DNA of 64,000 nt from contig CAVRDA010000021.1 of the NCBI GenBank assembly GCA_963719755.1, positions 291,005 to 355,004 on the forward strand, given 5' to 3'. Source of the stretch: Vicinamibacteria bacterium (lineage in GTDB: Bacteria > Acidobacteriota > Vicinamibacteria > Vicinamibacterales > JAENWD01). The position numbers were made by a program, and so were the translations under genes. Positions 50,993 to 64,000 of this stretch are shown piece after piece (the stretch's first letter is position 1; every line of letters begins with the position of its first letter). The notes under the pieces were generated by a model. That model was not told where the DNA came from. It saw nothing but the letters and a program-made list of their open reading frames with translations, and did not search any database.

Positions 50993-51766
50993 ATGACCGC
51001 AAACACATCGTCGCCTCGACTGGCCGGCCGCAGGGTTCTGGTCACGGGGAGCAGCAAGGGCATCGGCCGCGGCATCGCCGTGCGCTTCGCGCAGGAAGGC
51101 GCCGACGTCGTCGTCAACTACAACAGCGACCCGAAGGGCGCTGAAGAGGCGCTGGCCGAAGTGCACGCGGCGGGCCGTCGCGGCGTCATGCTGCAGGCAG
51201 ACATTGGGTCGGTGGATGCCGTGCGCGAGTTGCTCGAGAGAAGCGCCGAAGCGCTGGGCGGCCTCGACGTGCTCGTCAACAACGCCGGCATCGAGCACGA
51301 GGCGGCGTTCTGGGACGTTGACCGAGCGCGACTTCGATCGCGTGCTGGACGTGAATCTGAAGGGCGTGTTCTTCGCGACCCAGGCTTTCGTGCGGCATTG
51401 CCGCGGCGCGGGCCGCGGCGGCAAGGTGATCAACGTCAGCTCGGTGCACGAAGATCTCGCGTTCCCGGGCTTCTCTCCGTATGCGGCGAGCAAGGGCGGA
51501 CTCCGGATGCTGGCGCGGACGCTGGCCGTGGAGCTTGGTCCGCTGGGCATCACGGTCAACAACATCGCCCCTGGCGCGATCGAGACGCCGATCAACGCGA
51601 AGCTGCTGAACGACCCGGTGAAGCTCCAGGCGCTGACGCGGCAGATCCCGCTGTCGCGGCTCGGGCAGCCTGCCGACGTCGCCGGGCTCGCCGTGTTTCT
51701 CGCGTCGGCGGACAGCGACTACGTGACTGGCTCGACCTACTACGTGGACGGCGGCTTGACGGTGTT

Positions 51767-51779
<13 letters not shown>
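50993..51779 (+). CDS. SDR oxidoreductase (glucose 1-dehydrogenase-like), frameshift near 51318
   Basis: [31 protein letters not shown]. Confidence 0.9.
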
Positions 51780-54427
<2,648 letters not shown>

Positions 54428-54431
<4 letters not shown>

Positions 54432-54883
54432 CGCGGCGGCGAGCTGACTTTCACGGTGTAGTAAAGAAAAGCGGCGCCGACCTCCGTGAACTGGTGCGGC
54501 GTGCCGTTTGGCACGACGACGACGTCGCCCCTGGACAGACGTCGCGCCGCGCCGTTGGCAATCGACGGCGCGCGGAGCTCGCCCGGCCCGGCCGGCGTCG
54601 GAGAGACGATCGAGCCGCCGGTGACGAGGACCGCAGAGCCGTCGAGCACGTAGAAGATGTCGGTGTCTCGCTCGTGGACCTCGGCTTGCCCCGGTCCGTC
54701 ACGGCGGCTCGCGTGGATTTTGTACTCCGGCGTCTCGACGAGCGGCCGGCCCTTGATGAACGCGGCCCTGGTCTCATCGCCAGATATGTAGGTCACCGGT
54801 CGATCCTCCGCGATGACCGGCCATCCGATCGCACAGCCCGCGACGAGCGCTGCGGTGAGGGGCTTCCACCAGGAATGTGCCAT
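54428..54883 (-). CDS. Exported cupin-domain protein
   Basis: [15 protein letters not shown] and [14 protein letters not shown]; signal peptide; its stop overlaps the glycosidase start. Confidence 0.82.
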
Positions 54884-55095
54884 AGCTCGTAATCTCCTCC
54901 CTGGGCCCGACGGCGTCAATGAATTCCGTTGGACAGCTCCGACCGAATGCTTGCGGCCGGCCGCGTCAGGCGGTAGAAACACACTTTGCGGATCGTCACG
55001 GCCGTGCCCGCTCGGCAACGACCCGGCCCTCGAGGAGCATCTTCTCCAGCCCTGGGACAGCGAATCCGAATGTCGATATCCACGCCGGAGCCGCG

Positions 55096-56184
55096 GTGAC
55101 CACGACACTGGCCGACCTGCGCCGATTCGCCGTCGCGCGCAGTCTCTTCCCGCCGGTGACGCTGAAGCGTGCCGTCGAACGTCTCGGCTTCGTGCAGGCG
55201 GATCCGATTCGCGCGCCCGCCCGGGCGCAGGACCTCACCCTGCGGCATCGCGTCCGCGGCTATCGCGCCGGCGACCTGGAGCGCAGGTTCTCCGCGCTCG
55301 GCATCGAGGAGGACTTCCTCGTCAACTACGGCTTCGTCTCTCACGACGTCCATCAGCTGATGCACCCGCGCGTCGACCGATCGGGGTGGACGCCGACGCG
55401 CCGCGCGCGGGCGGCGCTGGTACTGGAATTCGTCCGCAGCCGGGGCGAGGTGCATCCGCGCGACGTCGACGACCACTTCGCGCACGGACGGGTCACCAAC
55501 TACTGGGGCGGCTCGTCGAGCGCTACGACACACCTGCTGGAGCACATGCACTATCGCGGCCTGCTCCGGGTAGCGCGCCGTGAGAAGGGCATCAGGATCT
55601 ACGCGGTGCGGGAGCTGCCGTCGCACGACGGGGCGCTGGCGCCGCGCCAGCGCGTCGACCGGCTGATCGACGTCATCGTCGGCAAGTACGCGCCGCTGCC
55701 AGGACCGTCGCTGTCGTTTCTGGTGAACCGCCTCCGCTATGCCGTCCCTCAGTGGCAGCGGGAGCTGAAGCCGGCGCTTGCGCGGGCGAGGCAGCGGCTG
55801 GCGCACGCCTCGGTGGATGGCGTGGAGTGGTACTGGCCGGCTGGCGAAGACCCGGGCGATGTGGCGGCGGACGCTTCCGTCCGCTTTCTGGCGCCGTTCG
55901 ATCCGATCGTGTGGGATCGGCGGCGATTCGAGCTGCTCTGGGGCTGGGCGTACCGATTCGAGGCATATACACCCGCGCCAAAGCGCAAGCTGGGGTACTA
56001 CGCGCTGCCGCTGCTCTGGGATGATCGCGTCATCGGCTGGGGCAACCTGTCGGCAGTGGACGGCACACTGATCTCGTCGCTCGGGTTCTCCAGTGGGGAA
56101 CCGCCCCGCCAGCGCGGCTTCCGGCGCGAACTCGCGGCGGAGCTGGAGCGGGTGCGCACGTTCCTCGGCTTGCCGGCTGCCTGA
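55096..56184 (+). CDS. YcaQ/AlkZ-like (HTH_42) DNA crosslink glycosylase
   Basis: GFVQADPI, LAPFDPIVWDRRR, YRFEAYTP...RKLGYYALPLL. Confidence 0.85.
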   Translation: MTTTLADLRRFAVARSLFPPVTLKRAVERLGFVQADPIRAPARAQDLTLRHRVRGYRAGDLERRFSALGIEEDFLVNYGFVSHDVHQLMHPRVDRSGWTPTRRARAALVLEFVRSRGEVHPRDVDDHFAHGRVTNYWGGSSSATTHLLEHMHYRGLLRVARREKGIRIYAVRELPSHDGALAPRQRVDRLIDVIVGKYAPLPGPSLSFLVNRLRYAVPQWQRELKPALARARQRLAHASVDGVEWYWPAGEDPGDVAADASVRFLAPFDPIVWDRRRFELLWGWAYRFEAYTPAPKRKLGYYALPLLWDDRVIGWGNLSAVDGTLISSLGFSSGEPPRQRGFRRELAAELERVRTFLGLPAA

Positions 56185-56225
56185 CGGCGGCCACCTGCGA
56201 TATCCTCCGTCGCCGGAGGTCCCCG

Positions 56226-57248
56226 ATGATTCGCCTCGCGCTCTGTCCGATCCTCTGCCTCGCGTTCCTGGCGTCCCCCGCCGCGCAGCCGTCCGCCGTC
56301 GGCCGCGTCCAGCAGCTCGCGCCCGACGTGTATTTCTACGAAGGCGACATCAGCAAGGGCCACTGCAACAACGGCTGGGTCGTCTTCGAGGACTACGTGC
56401 TCGTCATCGACGCGAACTACCCCTCCGGCGCGCGCGAGGTGATCGCGAAGATCCGTGAGCTCACCCAGAAGCCGGTGCGCTTCGCGTTCGACACGCACCA
56501 CCACGGCGACCACGCCTACGGCAACCAGGTGTGGGTCGAGCAGGGGGCGACACCGGTCGCACACACGGCGGTGCTCGACGAGATGAAGCGCCTCGAGACC
56601 GGCCTCTTCGGCGATCGGCCTGGCCGGTGGGAGGACGAGGCCAAGAATCGCGAAGACCTCCGCGGCTCGAAGCTGAAGCCGCCGACGCTCCTTTTCCCCG
56701 ACACGCTGATCTTCGACGATGGAAAGCACCGCGTCGAGCTGCGGCACTTCGGCACGGCGCATACGAAGGGCGACGGCGTCGCGTGGCTGCCGAAGGAGAA
56801 GATCGTCTTCACCGGCGACATGGCGGTGAACGGCGCCTACAACTTCGTCGGCGACGGCAACATCGCCTCCTGGATCCCGACGCTCGCAAAAGTCGCCGGT
56901 CTCGGGCCAGCAAAGGTCGGCCCCGGGCATGGACCCCTCGGCGACGCGGCCGTCATCGAGGATCAGGCGCTTTACTTCAAGGAGCTGACCGCCGCCGTCA
57001 CGACCGCGAGCCAGGGGAAGACCGCGGCGGCCGTGCAGGCGGCGATTCCGGCAATGCGGGCCGAGCTTGCGAAGAACGGGCGCATCAAGAGGTACCTCGG
57101 CGACGGCTTCGCGGCGCACGTCGCAAAGGTCTACAACGAGATCACCGGCGGCACGCTGCCCGATCGACAGGCCGAGATCGACGCGGCGCGCCAGCACGAT
57201 GCCTGGCATCACGGGCACGCACACGACGACGCGGGAGCGCACGAATGA
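56226..57248 (+). CDS. Exported MBL-fold metallo-hydrolase
   Basis: [21 protein letters not shown]; signal peptide. Confidence 0.87.
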   Translation: MIRLALCPILCLAFLASPAAQPSAVGRVQQLAPDVYFYEGDISKGHCNNGWVVFEDYVLVIDANYPSGAREVIAKIRELTQKPVRFAFDTHHHGDHAYGNQVWVEQGATPVAHTAVLDEMKRLETGLFGDRPGRWEDEAKNREDLRGSKLKPPTLLFPDTLIFDDGKHRVELRHFGTAHTKGDGVAWLPKEKIVFTGDMAVNGAYNFVGDGNIASWIPTLAKVAGLGPAKVGPGHGPLGDAAVIEDQALYFKELTAAVTTASQGKTAAAVQAAIPAMRAELAKNGRIKRYLGDGFAAHVAKVYNEITGGTLPDRQAEIDAARQHDAWHHGHAHDDAGAHE

Positions 57249-57736
57249 CTGCACGACCAGCCCCGACCATGATGCTCGCGAGCGCGATCGCGCTGCTCGC
57301 CGGCGCGACGGCATCGGCTCAATCGGCGGCGGCAACGGCCGACGAGGCGGCGGTCCGCGACGTCGTCCGGCGCTACGTCGAGGCGCGCGAGCGCCGCGAC
57401 GCCAGTGCGCTGGAGAAGCTTTTCACGGCGGACGCCGACCAGCTCGTCTCGTCGGGCGAATGGCGCCGCGGCCGCGACGGCGTCGTCAAGGGCGGCCTCG
57501 CGTCCTCGGCGCGGAACACCGGGGCTCGGACGATCGTCGTCGAGACGGTCAGGATGCTGGGTCCTGACGTTGCCATCGCGGACGGCCGCTACGAGATCGG
57601 CGGCACTGAGACGCGCCGGATGTGGACGACGTTCGTCATGGCCCGGCAGGGCGGCGAGTGGCGGATTGCCGCCATCCGCAACATGCTGCCGGCGCCGCCG
57701 GCGCCAGTAGCCGCCCGAGCTCCACTCACCTGGTGA
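57245..57736 (+). CDS. Exported NTF2/SnoaL-like (DUF4440) protein
   Basis: [41 protein letters not shown]. Confidence 0.8.
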   Translation: MTARPAPTMMLASAIALLAGATASAQSAAATADEAAVRDVVRRYVEARERRDASALEKLFTADADQLVSSGEWRRGRDGVVKGGLASSARNTGARTIVVETVRMLGPDVAIADGRYEIGGTETRRMWTTFVMARQGGEWRIAAIRNMLPAPPAPVAARAPLTW

Positions 57737-57782
57737 GTGGAACATTGGTCGAATCCCGTTCGTCCAACTCACGGACTGAACC

Positions 57783-58124
57783 GTGAGCCAGAACTCGAGC
57801 ACCCTCTCGCTGCTGCAGGGGACCGTCGGCCTCCTCATCCTGCGCGCCCTGCAGAAGGGCCCGGCGCACGGCTATGCGATCTCGGCGTGGATTCGCGATC
57901 GCACCGAGGGGATGCTCGCGACGGAAGACGCCGCGCTCTATCAGGCGCTTCACCGCCTGGAAGCCAGGGGCTGGATCGAGGCGGAATGGGGCTTATCCGA
58001 GAACAACCGGCGGGCCAAGTACTACGCGCTCACGGCGGCAGGACGACGGCAGTTGCGCAGCGAGGTGTCGCTGTGGCGGCGGTACGCCGAGGCCATGCTC
58101 AAGGTGATCGAAGAGCCGACGTGA
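57783..58124 (+). CDS. PadR-family regulator, acidobacterial type
   Basis: LLQGT, HGYAI, EWGLSENNRRAKYYALT; directly upstream of an ADOP permease. Confidence 0.92.
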   Translation: MSQNSSTLSLLQGTVGLLILRALQKGPAHGYAISAWIRDRTEGMLATEDAALYQALHRLEARGWIEAEWGLSENNRRAKYYALTAAGRRQLRSEVSLWRRYAEAMLKVIEEPT

Positions 58125-58132
58125 GGTGAAGG

Positions 58133-60773
58133 ATGCGGCCATGGGGCGTCAAGCGGCTGTTCAGGTTCTCATCGCGGACGCCTGCGGAGGTGCGGGCCGA
58201 CATCGACGATGAGGTCGCGTTCCACGTCGACATGCGCGCCGAGGAGCTGCGACGATCCGGCCTCGGCGAGGCCGAGGCGCGGGCGCAGGCCGCGCGCGAA
58301 TTGGATCGCCGCGACCCGCGCGTCGCCGCGCTCGCGGGCATCGACGACGGCCTCGAGCGCAAGCGCCGCGTCGGTCAGCTGTTCGCGGAGCTGTGGCGCG
58401 ACGCGGCGATCGGCTTCAGGCTGCTGCGCAGGAATCCGGGCTTCGCGGCCGTCGCGATTCTCACGCTCGCCATCGGCATCGGCGCCAACACCGCCATCTA
58501 CAGCGTGCTCGACGCCGTGTTGCTTCGGCCGCTGCCATATCCAGAGCCCGATCGCCTCGTCCTCGTGAACGAGGCGCGCGACGACGGCAGCCCGAACAAC
58601 GCGTCGGGCGGCGCATACCTCGACTGGCGCGCGAACCAGACGACGTTTGCGGCGCTCGCCCTGGCCGGACAGGTGCAGTACAACCTGCGCGGCGACGGCG
58701 CCCCCGAACGGCTTGCGGGCCTGGAGGTGTCGCACGAGTTCCTGCGCGTGCTCGGCGTTCCGGCGCTGCTCGGCCGCGGCTTCCTGCCCGACGAGGATCG
58801 CGCGGGCGGCCGCAACGACGTGGTGATCATCGCGGAGTCGCTGTGGCGGACGCGATTTGGCGGCGACCCCTCGATCGTCGGGCGCGCCATCGTCCTCGAC
58901 GAGGTGCCGCGGACCGTCGTCGGCGTGCTGCCGGCCGGCGCCTGGATCTTCAAGGACGACGTGTTCTTCGTGCCGGCGGTGCTGACGCCGGGGACCCCAC
59001 GCGCAGCGCGCGCGCCGCATTGGGCGGTGGTCATCGGACGGCTCGCAGCCGGCGTGACGCCGGCGCAGGCGGACGCCGAGCTGAAGTCGATCAAGCAGCG
59101 TCTGAACGCCGAGTACCCGCCGTTCAAGCAGAAGTGGAGTGTTGTCGTGCGGCCGGTGACCGAGGTCCTCGGCGGCGTGACGCGGACGCCGCTGCTGATC
59201 CTGCTCGGCGCCGTGTCGCTGGTGCTGCTGATCGCGTGCGCGAACGTCGCCAATCTCGTGCTCGCCCGAAGTTGCCAGCGGCAGCAGGAGCTGGCGGTCC
59301 GCGCGGCGATTGGCGCCAGCGGCTGGCGGCTCGTCCGCCAGGTGCTGACCGAGAACCTGATCCTGGCGCTGATGGGCGGTGCAGCCGGCGTGGCGGTGGC
59401 GTACGTCGGCGTCGGCATCCTCAACGACCTCGCGGCGAGGGCGATGCCCATCACGTTCACGCCCTCGCTGGATCTGCGCGTGCTCGTGTTCTCGCTCGCC
59501 GTGACCATGGCGACGGGGCCGCTCTTCGGTCTGTTGCCGGCGCTGCGTGCGCGGCGCCCCGACCTCAACGCGACGCTTACCAACGGCGGACGAGGCGCCA
59601 CCGCCGGCGGGCATCAACGCACGCAGGCGACGCTGGTGGCGGCGGAAGTCGCGCTGACGGTCGTGCTGCTGACGTCGGCGGGCCTCCTGCTGCGAAGCCT
59701 GGCGAACGCCGCCTCGGTCGATCCCGGCTTTCAGCCGGCGCGGGTGCTGGCGTTCGATGTCTCGCTGCCGGACGCGTCGTATACGTCGCGCGACAAGCGC
59801 ATCGCCTTTGCCTCGGAGCTCGTCAACCGGCTCAGGGCGCTGCCTGGCGTCGAGGGCGCCGGCACGGGCATGGCGATCCCGTTCAGCGACGGCGGCTACG
59901 GCGAGTTCTTCCGCCGGCCCGGCAACACGCGAGAGCGAAGCCGTGATCGGACGGCTGGATTACGTCTCGCCCGGCTACCTCGAGGCGCTCGGCACGCGGC
60001 TGCTCGCCGGCCGCCGGATGACCGGCGCCGACAACAGCGGGGCAGGCCAGCTCGTGGTCGTGATCAATGAGACCGCGGCAAAGATGTTCTTCCGTGACGT
60101 GCCGGCGGTCGGGCAGCCGCTCGTCATCGCCGCCGACACCTGGACCGTTGTCGGCGTCGTCGCGGACGTGGTGGACCGCCGCCTCGACGCCGCGAGCAAG
60201 GCCTTCGCCTACGCGCCGATGGCGCGCAATACGAGCCAGCTGTCGGTGGTCGTCCGTACGCCGCTCGAGCCGCTGACGCTGGTGGAGCGGGCGCGCGCGG
60301 AGATCGCGCGGCTCGATCCGGGCGTCGCCCTTGCGAGGCCGCGGACGCTCGATCGGGCGATGGCGGACTCCATGCTGCAGCGCAAGGTCGTGCTCGGGCT
60401 GATTGGCGTCTTCGCGGTCACCGCGCTGGCGCTGGCGAGCATCGGCCTCTACGGCGTCATGGCCTACGCCGTGGCGACCCGGCGCCGCGAGTTCGGCATC
60501 CGCATCGCGTTTGGCGCCGTCCGCCGCGACCTGATTCGCCAGGTGCTGGCCAGCGGTCTCCGGATGATGGTCGCCGGCCTGGTCGTCGGTCTCGTCGCGG
60601 CGGCGGGCGTCGCGCGGCTGCTGGGGAGCGAGCTGTATCAGGTGGGCGGGAGCGACCCGCTCGTCCTGGCAGGCACGAGCGCGACCGTGATCGTCGTGGC
60701 GATGCTGGCCTGTCTCGTCCCTGCCTGGCGCGCCGCGAGAGTCGAGCCGGTGATCGCGCTACGGGCGGAATGA
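58133..60773 (+). CDS. ADOP-type duplicated permease, frameshift near 59935
   Basis: DIDDEVAFHVDM, PGFAAVAILTLAIGIGANTAI, LLIACANVANL, REFGIRIAFGA, EPVIALRAE. Confidence 0.9.
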
Positions 60774-61637
60774 CCTAGGGGCCAGCGCCCTCGCGAGATC
60801 AATCGCGCCGTCGTTCCAGTCGTCGCGCGGGTCGGCGGCCAGGCGGGCGAACGTCCAGAGCCCGACCCGCGCCGCGTCGACTTCCAGCAGGCCGGCGAAT
60901 CGGTCGATTGTCTCCACGGGGTTCTCGCGCAGGCGGTTCCGGCAATTCAGCAGGTGCTGCGTCGCGTCGTACGCCGGGTCGCCCACGAACGGCTTCGGGT
61001 CGATCGCGAGCCAGGGCTCACGCGCGGCGCTGAGGACATTGCCGGCGTGCAGGTCTGTCGCGAGCAGCGCGCTCCGCGTCGCGGTGGCGGGGAGCGTGCG
61101 CAGCAGCTCGAGTCCCTCCTCGACCAGGCTCCTGTCCGGCCACTGGCCCTCCTGCCTCTCCGTTTCATCGGCCCATGCCGCGGTCAACGTCCCCAGAGAA
61201 CGAAACGGGTGCGGTTCGGCAGGCTGCCGCCACAGCCGGCGCAGGAGCCCTGCGATGACGACGTCCTGATCGGATTCGCGGATCGATCGCAGGTGCGAGC
61301 CGGGGTGGCAGCGTTCGAGGAGGATGGCGCCGAGGCCGACGTCCGCCTCGAGCACGCGGACCATCGCGTCGCCGTTCCAGAACAGCAGCCCCTCAATCTC
61401 GTGCGCGGCCTCCAGGTGTGGCATGCCGAGCTTCAGGACCGCGGAGTCTCCGTTTGCCAAGGTGGCGGGCGCTACCCAGGCGCAGCTCACTTCGTCGCCG
61501 TCGAACGGCGCGCCGAGCGTGAGCGACCATCGTCGAGCGAGCTCGGCAATCGTGTCCGGCAGCGCGGCCAGCCACGCGGTGTGATGCGGCGTCTGACGAC
61601 AGGCGAGAGCCAGGCGCGCGGGAATCGCGATGCCCAT
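60759..61637 (-). CDS. APH(6)/hydroxyurea-resistance-like kinase
   Basis: AVLKL, LLERC, DLHAGNVL, WLAIDPKPFVGDPAYD. Confidence 0.82.
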   Translation of the reverse strand: MGIAIPARLALACRQTPHHTAWLAALPDTIAELARRWSLTLGAPFDGDEVSCAWVAPATLANGDSAVLKLGMPHLEAAHEIEGLLFWNGDAMVRVLEADVGLGAILLERCHPGSHLRSIRESDQDVVIAGLLRRLWRQPAEPHPFRSLGTLTAAWADETERQEGQWPDRSLVEEGLELLRTLPATATRSALLATDLHAGNVLSAAREPWLAIDPKPFVGDPAYDATQHLLNCRNRLRENPVETIDRFAGLLEVDAARVGLWTFARLAADPRDDWNDGAIDLARALAPRSFRP

Positions 61638-61646
61638 CGGGCCGTG

Positions 61647-63076
61647 TCAGAGCTTTCCCGGCGGCCTGACGTTCTTCCCCGCGCGTCCCGTCAGCGAGTC
61701 GCCGAGATCCTCGCGAGCGCGCTCGACGTAATCCTGGAGGGTTCGCACGACGTCCGGGCTGCCCGGCCGCGAGGTTGGTGGACTCGCCAGGATCCTTGTC
61801 GAGATCGAACAGGCTCAGCTCCAGCTCCTTCCGCACGTACTTGCCTGGCGTGCCGTCGTTGCCCGCCGACTCGAGGGACTGATAGCCGTGCGGGACGTGC
61901 AGCTTCCAGTTGCCGTGCCTGACGGCATGCAGCTCGTCGCCCCAGTAGAAATAGAGCGCGTCGTGCGGCGACGGCGCGCCGGGAGACGACAGCAGCGGCC
62001 AGATGTCGCGTCCGTCGACGCGGCCGTCGAGCGGCGCGCCGGCCAGCCCGGCCAGCGTCGGCAGCAGGTCGATGGTCATCGCCGCGCTGAGAGGTGGTCA
62101 CGCCCCTGGGAATCCGGCCGGGCCACCGTGCGATGAACGGCACGCGCACGCCGCCTTCGAACGACGTGCCCTTGCCCTCGCGGAACGGGCCGGGCGATCC
62201 GGCGTGGTTCCCGTACGACATCCACGGGCCGTTGTCGGACGTGAAGATGACCAGCGTCTGCTCGTCGAGGCCGGCGCGCGCCACCGCCGCCAGGAGCTGG
62301 CCGACGGACCAGTCAATCTCCGCGATGACGTCGCCGTACAGACCACCTCCGGTCGTCCCCTTGAATCGATCGGAGGCAAACAGCGGCACGTGCGGCATCG
62401 AATGCGGCACGTAGACGAAGAACGGCGTGTCGCGGTGCCGCTCGATGAACCGCACCGCGCGCTCGGTGTAGCGGCGCGTCAGCTGCGATTGATCGGGATC
62501 GATCTCGGCCACTTCGTCGCCTTCGATCAGCGGCAGCGGCGGGAAGAAGTTCTTCCGCTGCGGGTGATGCGGCCACATGTCGTTCGAGTACGGCAGGCCG
62601 AGATACTCGTCGAAGCCGTGATGCGTCGGCAGGAACTGGCGGTTGTCGCCCAGGTGCCACTTGCCGTAAATCGCCGTCGCGTAGCCCCTGGGCTTCAGGA
62701 CTTCGGCGATGGTCTTCTCGGAGTCACTCAATCCGATTTGCGACTTCGGCATGAGCGCGCCGCGAATGCCGATGCGGTTCGGGTAGTTGCCCGTCAGCAG
62801 CGCCGCACGCGAGGCCGAGCAGACCGCCTGGGCCGCATAGAAGCTGGTGAGGCGAATGCCTTCAGCCGCCATGCGGTCGAGATGAGGCGTGCGCGGCCGC
62901 GCCGTGTCCGCGCGTGTGGCGAACGGACCGATATCGGCGTAGCCCAGGTCATCCGCGAAGATGACGATGACGTTGGGGGGCCGTCGGGCGGTGGCGGGCG
63001 CCTGCCGGCCGTCGTCCGACAGCACGGCAGCATGCGTCGCTCCGAAGAGCACGAGCAGGGCCAGGCACAAGCGCAT
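61647..63076 (-). CDS. Formylglycine-dependent sulfatase, frameshifted
   Basis: [44 protein letters not shown]. Confidence 0.9.
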
Positions 63077-63123
63077 CGCGGCCGTATCTTACTCTTCGCC
63101 GCCAGTCGCGAAACGGCAGAAGC

Positions 63124-63629
63124 CTAGCTCCTGTCGTAGAACGGCGGCGGCTCGATGCCCAGCGCGCGCAGGTAGACGTAGCCCTGCCCGCGGTGATGGA
63201 TCTCGTTGTCGATCCAGTACCACAGCAGGCCGTAGATGATGCCTTCGTAGGCGCCGAAGGCGTTGTCGACCTCCTCGAATCGCTGCGGCGGGATCTGCGG
63301 CCAGTACCTGATCGATGCTCCGCCGTCGTGGCGTCCCACACCTCGAGCAGCGCCGCCCTGGTCTCGGGAGGCTTGCCGGAGTGGTGCATCATCGCGTTCG
63401 TGTACTCCCACTCCCGGAGGGCCACTCCCCGAATGCCGGCGCGCGCCATGGAGATCATCTCGAACGCCAGCAGCGCAAACGGGCGCATGCCGCCGACGGA
63501 GAAGGAGAAGAGCTGGCTCTCGGGAAACGCCTCGATGACCCGGCGGGTGACCCGCCGGTGGCCTTGCCAGTGATCCAGCAGCCAGGCGGTGGTGACGGAG
63601 AACGCGGGGACGGAGTCGGCGGTCATCAT
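63124..63629 (-). CDS. DinB/YfiT-family protein, frameshift near 63315
   Basis: HWQGHRRVTRRVIEAFP, GGMRPF, DNEIHHRGQGYVYLRALG; GGAGG RBS. Confidence 0.88.
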
Positions 63630-63686
63630 GTCCCTCCGAACGGCGCTTCGCGGCCAATCCGCGAACGGCCCAGTGTCGTCGACGAT

Positions 63687-63707
63687 ATATGCCACCTGAC
63701 GTCATAT
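63687..63707. promoter_or_regulatory. Candidate operator upstream of the DinB-family gene
   Basis: Imperfect IR ATATGCC-ACCTGAC-GTCATAT. Confidence 0.4.
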
Positions 63708-63823
63708 TTGCGTCGCGCGCGAATCTTTCGTTCAGTGCCAAGCCACCTCTTCAGCAGCTCCGGCTTCGTGCAGCGTTCCCCGCTTGCGGTCCAGCGGCGC
63801 GCCAACCCATCCCTGACCGGGTG

Positions 63824-63851
63824 TTGACATATTCCGTAATAGGAATACGAT
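63824..63851 (+). promoter_or_regulatory. Promoter with ArsR-type auto-operator
   Basis: TTGACA at 63824, IR TATTCC-GTAATA-GGAATA at 63830-63847, TACGAT at 63846. Confidence 0.65.
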
Positions 63852-63857
63852 GAACGG

Positions 63858-64000
63858 GTGCCCCGAGCTGCCACCACCACCGACGCCTTCAACGCCATCG
63901 CCGAGTCGCGTCGCCGCGACATCCTCGTCTACCTCGCCCCATCGGAGCGTCCCGTCGGCGACATCGTGGCGGCGCTCGGGATGGGACAGCCGTCGGTGTC
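63858..64000 (+). CDS. ArsR/SmtB-family regulator, 3' partial
   Basis: Hand translation MPRAATTTDAFNAIAESRRRDILVYLAPSERPVGDIVAALGMGQPSV. Confidence 0.85.
   Translation, partial: MPRAATTTDAFNAIAESRRRDILVYLAPSERPVGDIVAALGMGQPSV

Noticed and set aside
54884-55095. Possible riboswitch or ncRNA in the divergent gap
   Set aside because: I could not find extended pairing or a known aptamer motif; it is probably ordinary promoter DNA.
56226-57248. Metallo-beta-lactamase resistance gene
   Set aside because: HxHxDH is shared across the MBL superfamily; nothing specific to class B beta-lactamases is evident.
60759-61637. Confirmed streptomycin-resistance gene (strB/aph(6))
   Set aside because: Only family-level kinase motifs are visible, with no mobile context; the substrate cannot be inferred.
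62790-62830. CxAxR sulfatase motif as a novelty
   Set aside because: CxAxR is a known variant of the formylglycine signature.

Overview
A 64 kb high-GC chromosomal window. The PadR/ADOP permease pairs, the acidobacterial-type VWA proteins and the ACIII-caa3 operon suggest Acidobacteriota, probably Vicinamibacteria (inference). About 56 genes are visible: argH and argG; a SoxR locus with a perfect soxbox; an ABC-F protein; an orphan ECF sigma; a co-oriented run of two M61 peptidases, an LD-carboxypeptidase and three tandem VWA proteins; a matrixin-type protease with a partner gene; a complete alternative complex III (actA-F plus an actG-like gene) joined to SCO and an A2-type caa3 oxidase; transporters; hydrolases; and several detoxification-type genes. 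About 20 genes, including housekeeping ones, carry small indels. This looks like uncorrected sequencing error, so several boundaries were reconstructed by eye. I saw no rRNA, tRNA, CRISPR array or transposase. The most interesting unexplained signals are: (1) a PAS + long coiled-coil + degenerate CckA-like HATPase protein (putative pseudokinase) next to a single-domain PilZ gene; (2) a ~165 nt rod-like RNA structure candidate at 50724-50886; (3) three repeat classes: a 158 nt hairpin element, GGAGGG-hairpin arrays (one inside a coding region) and 7-mer arrays right after stop codons; (4) a recurring -10-like hexamer exactly 6 nt before start codons, suggesting leaderless transcription.
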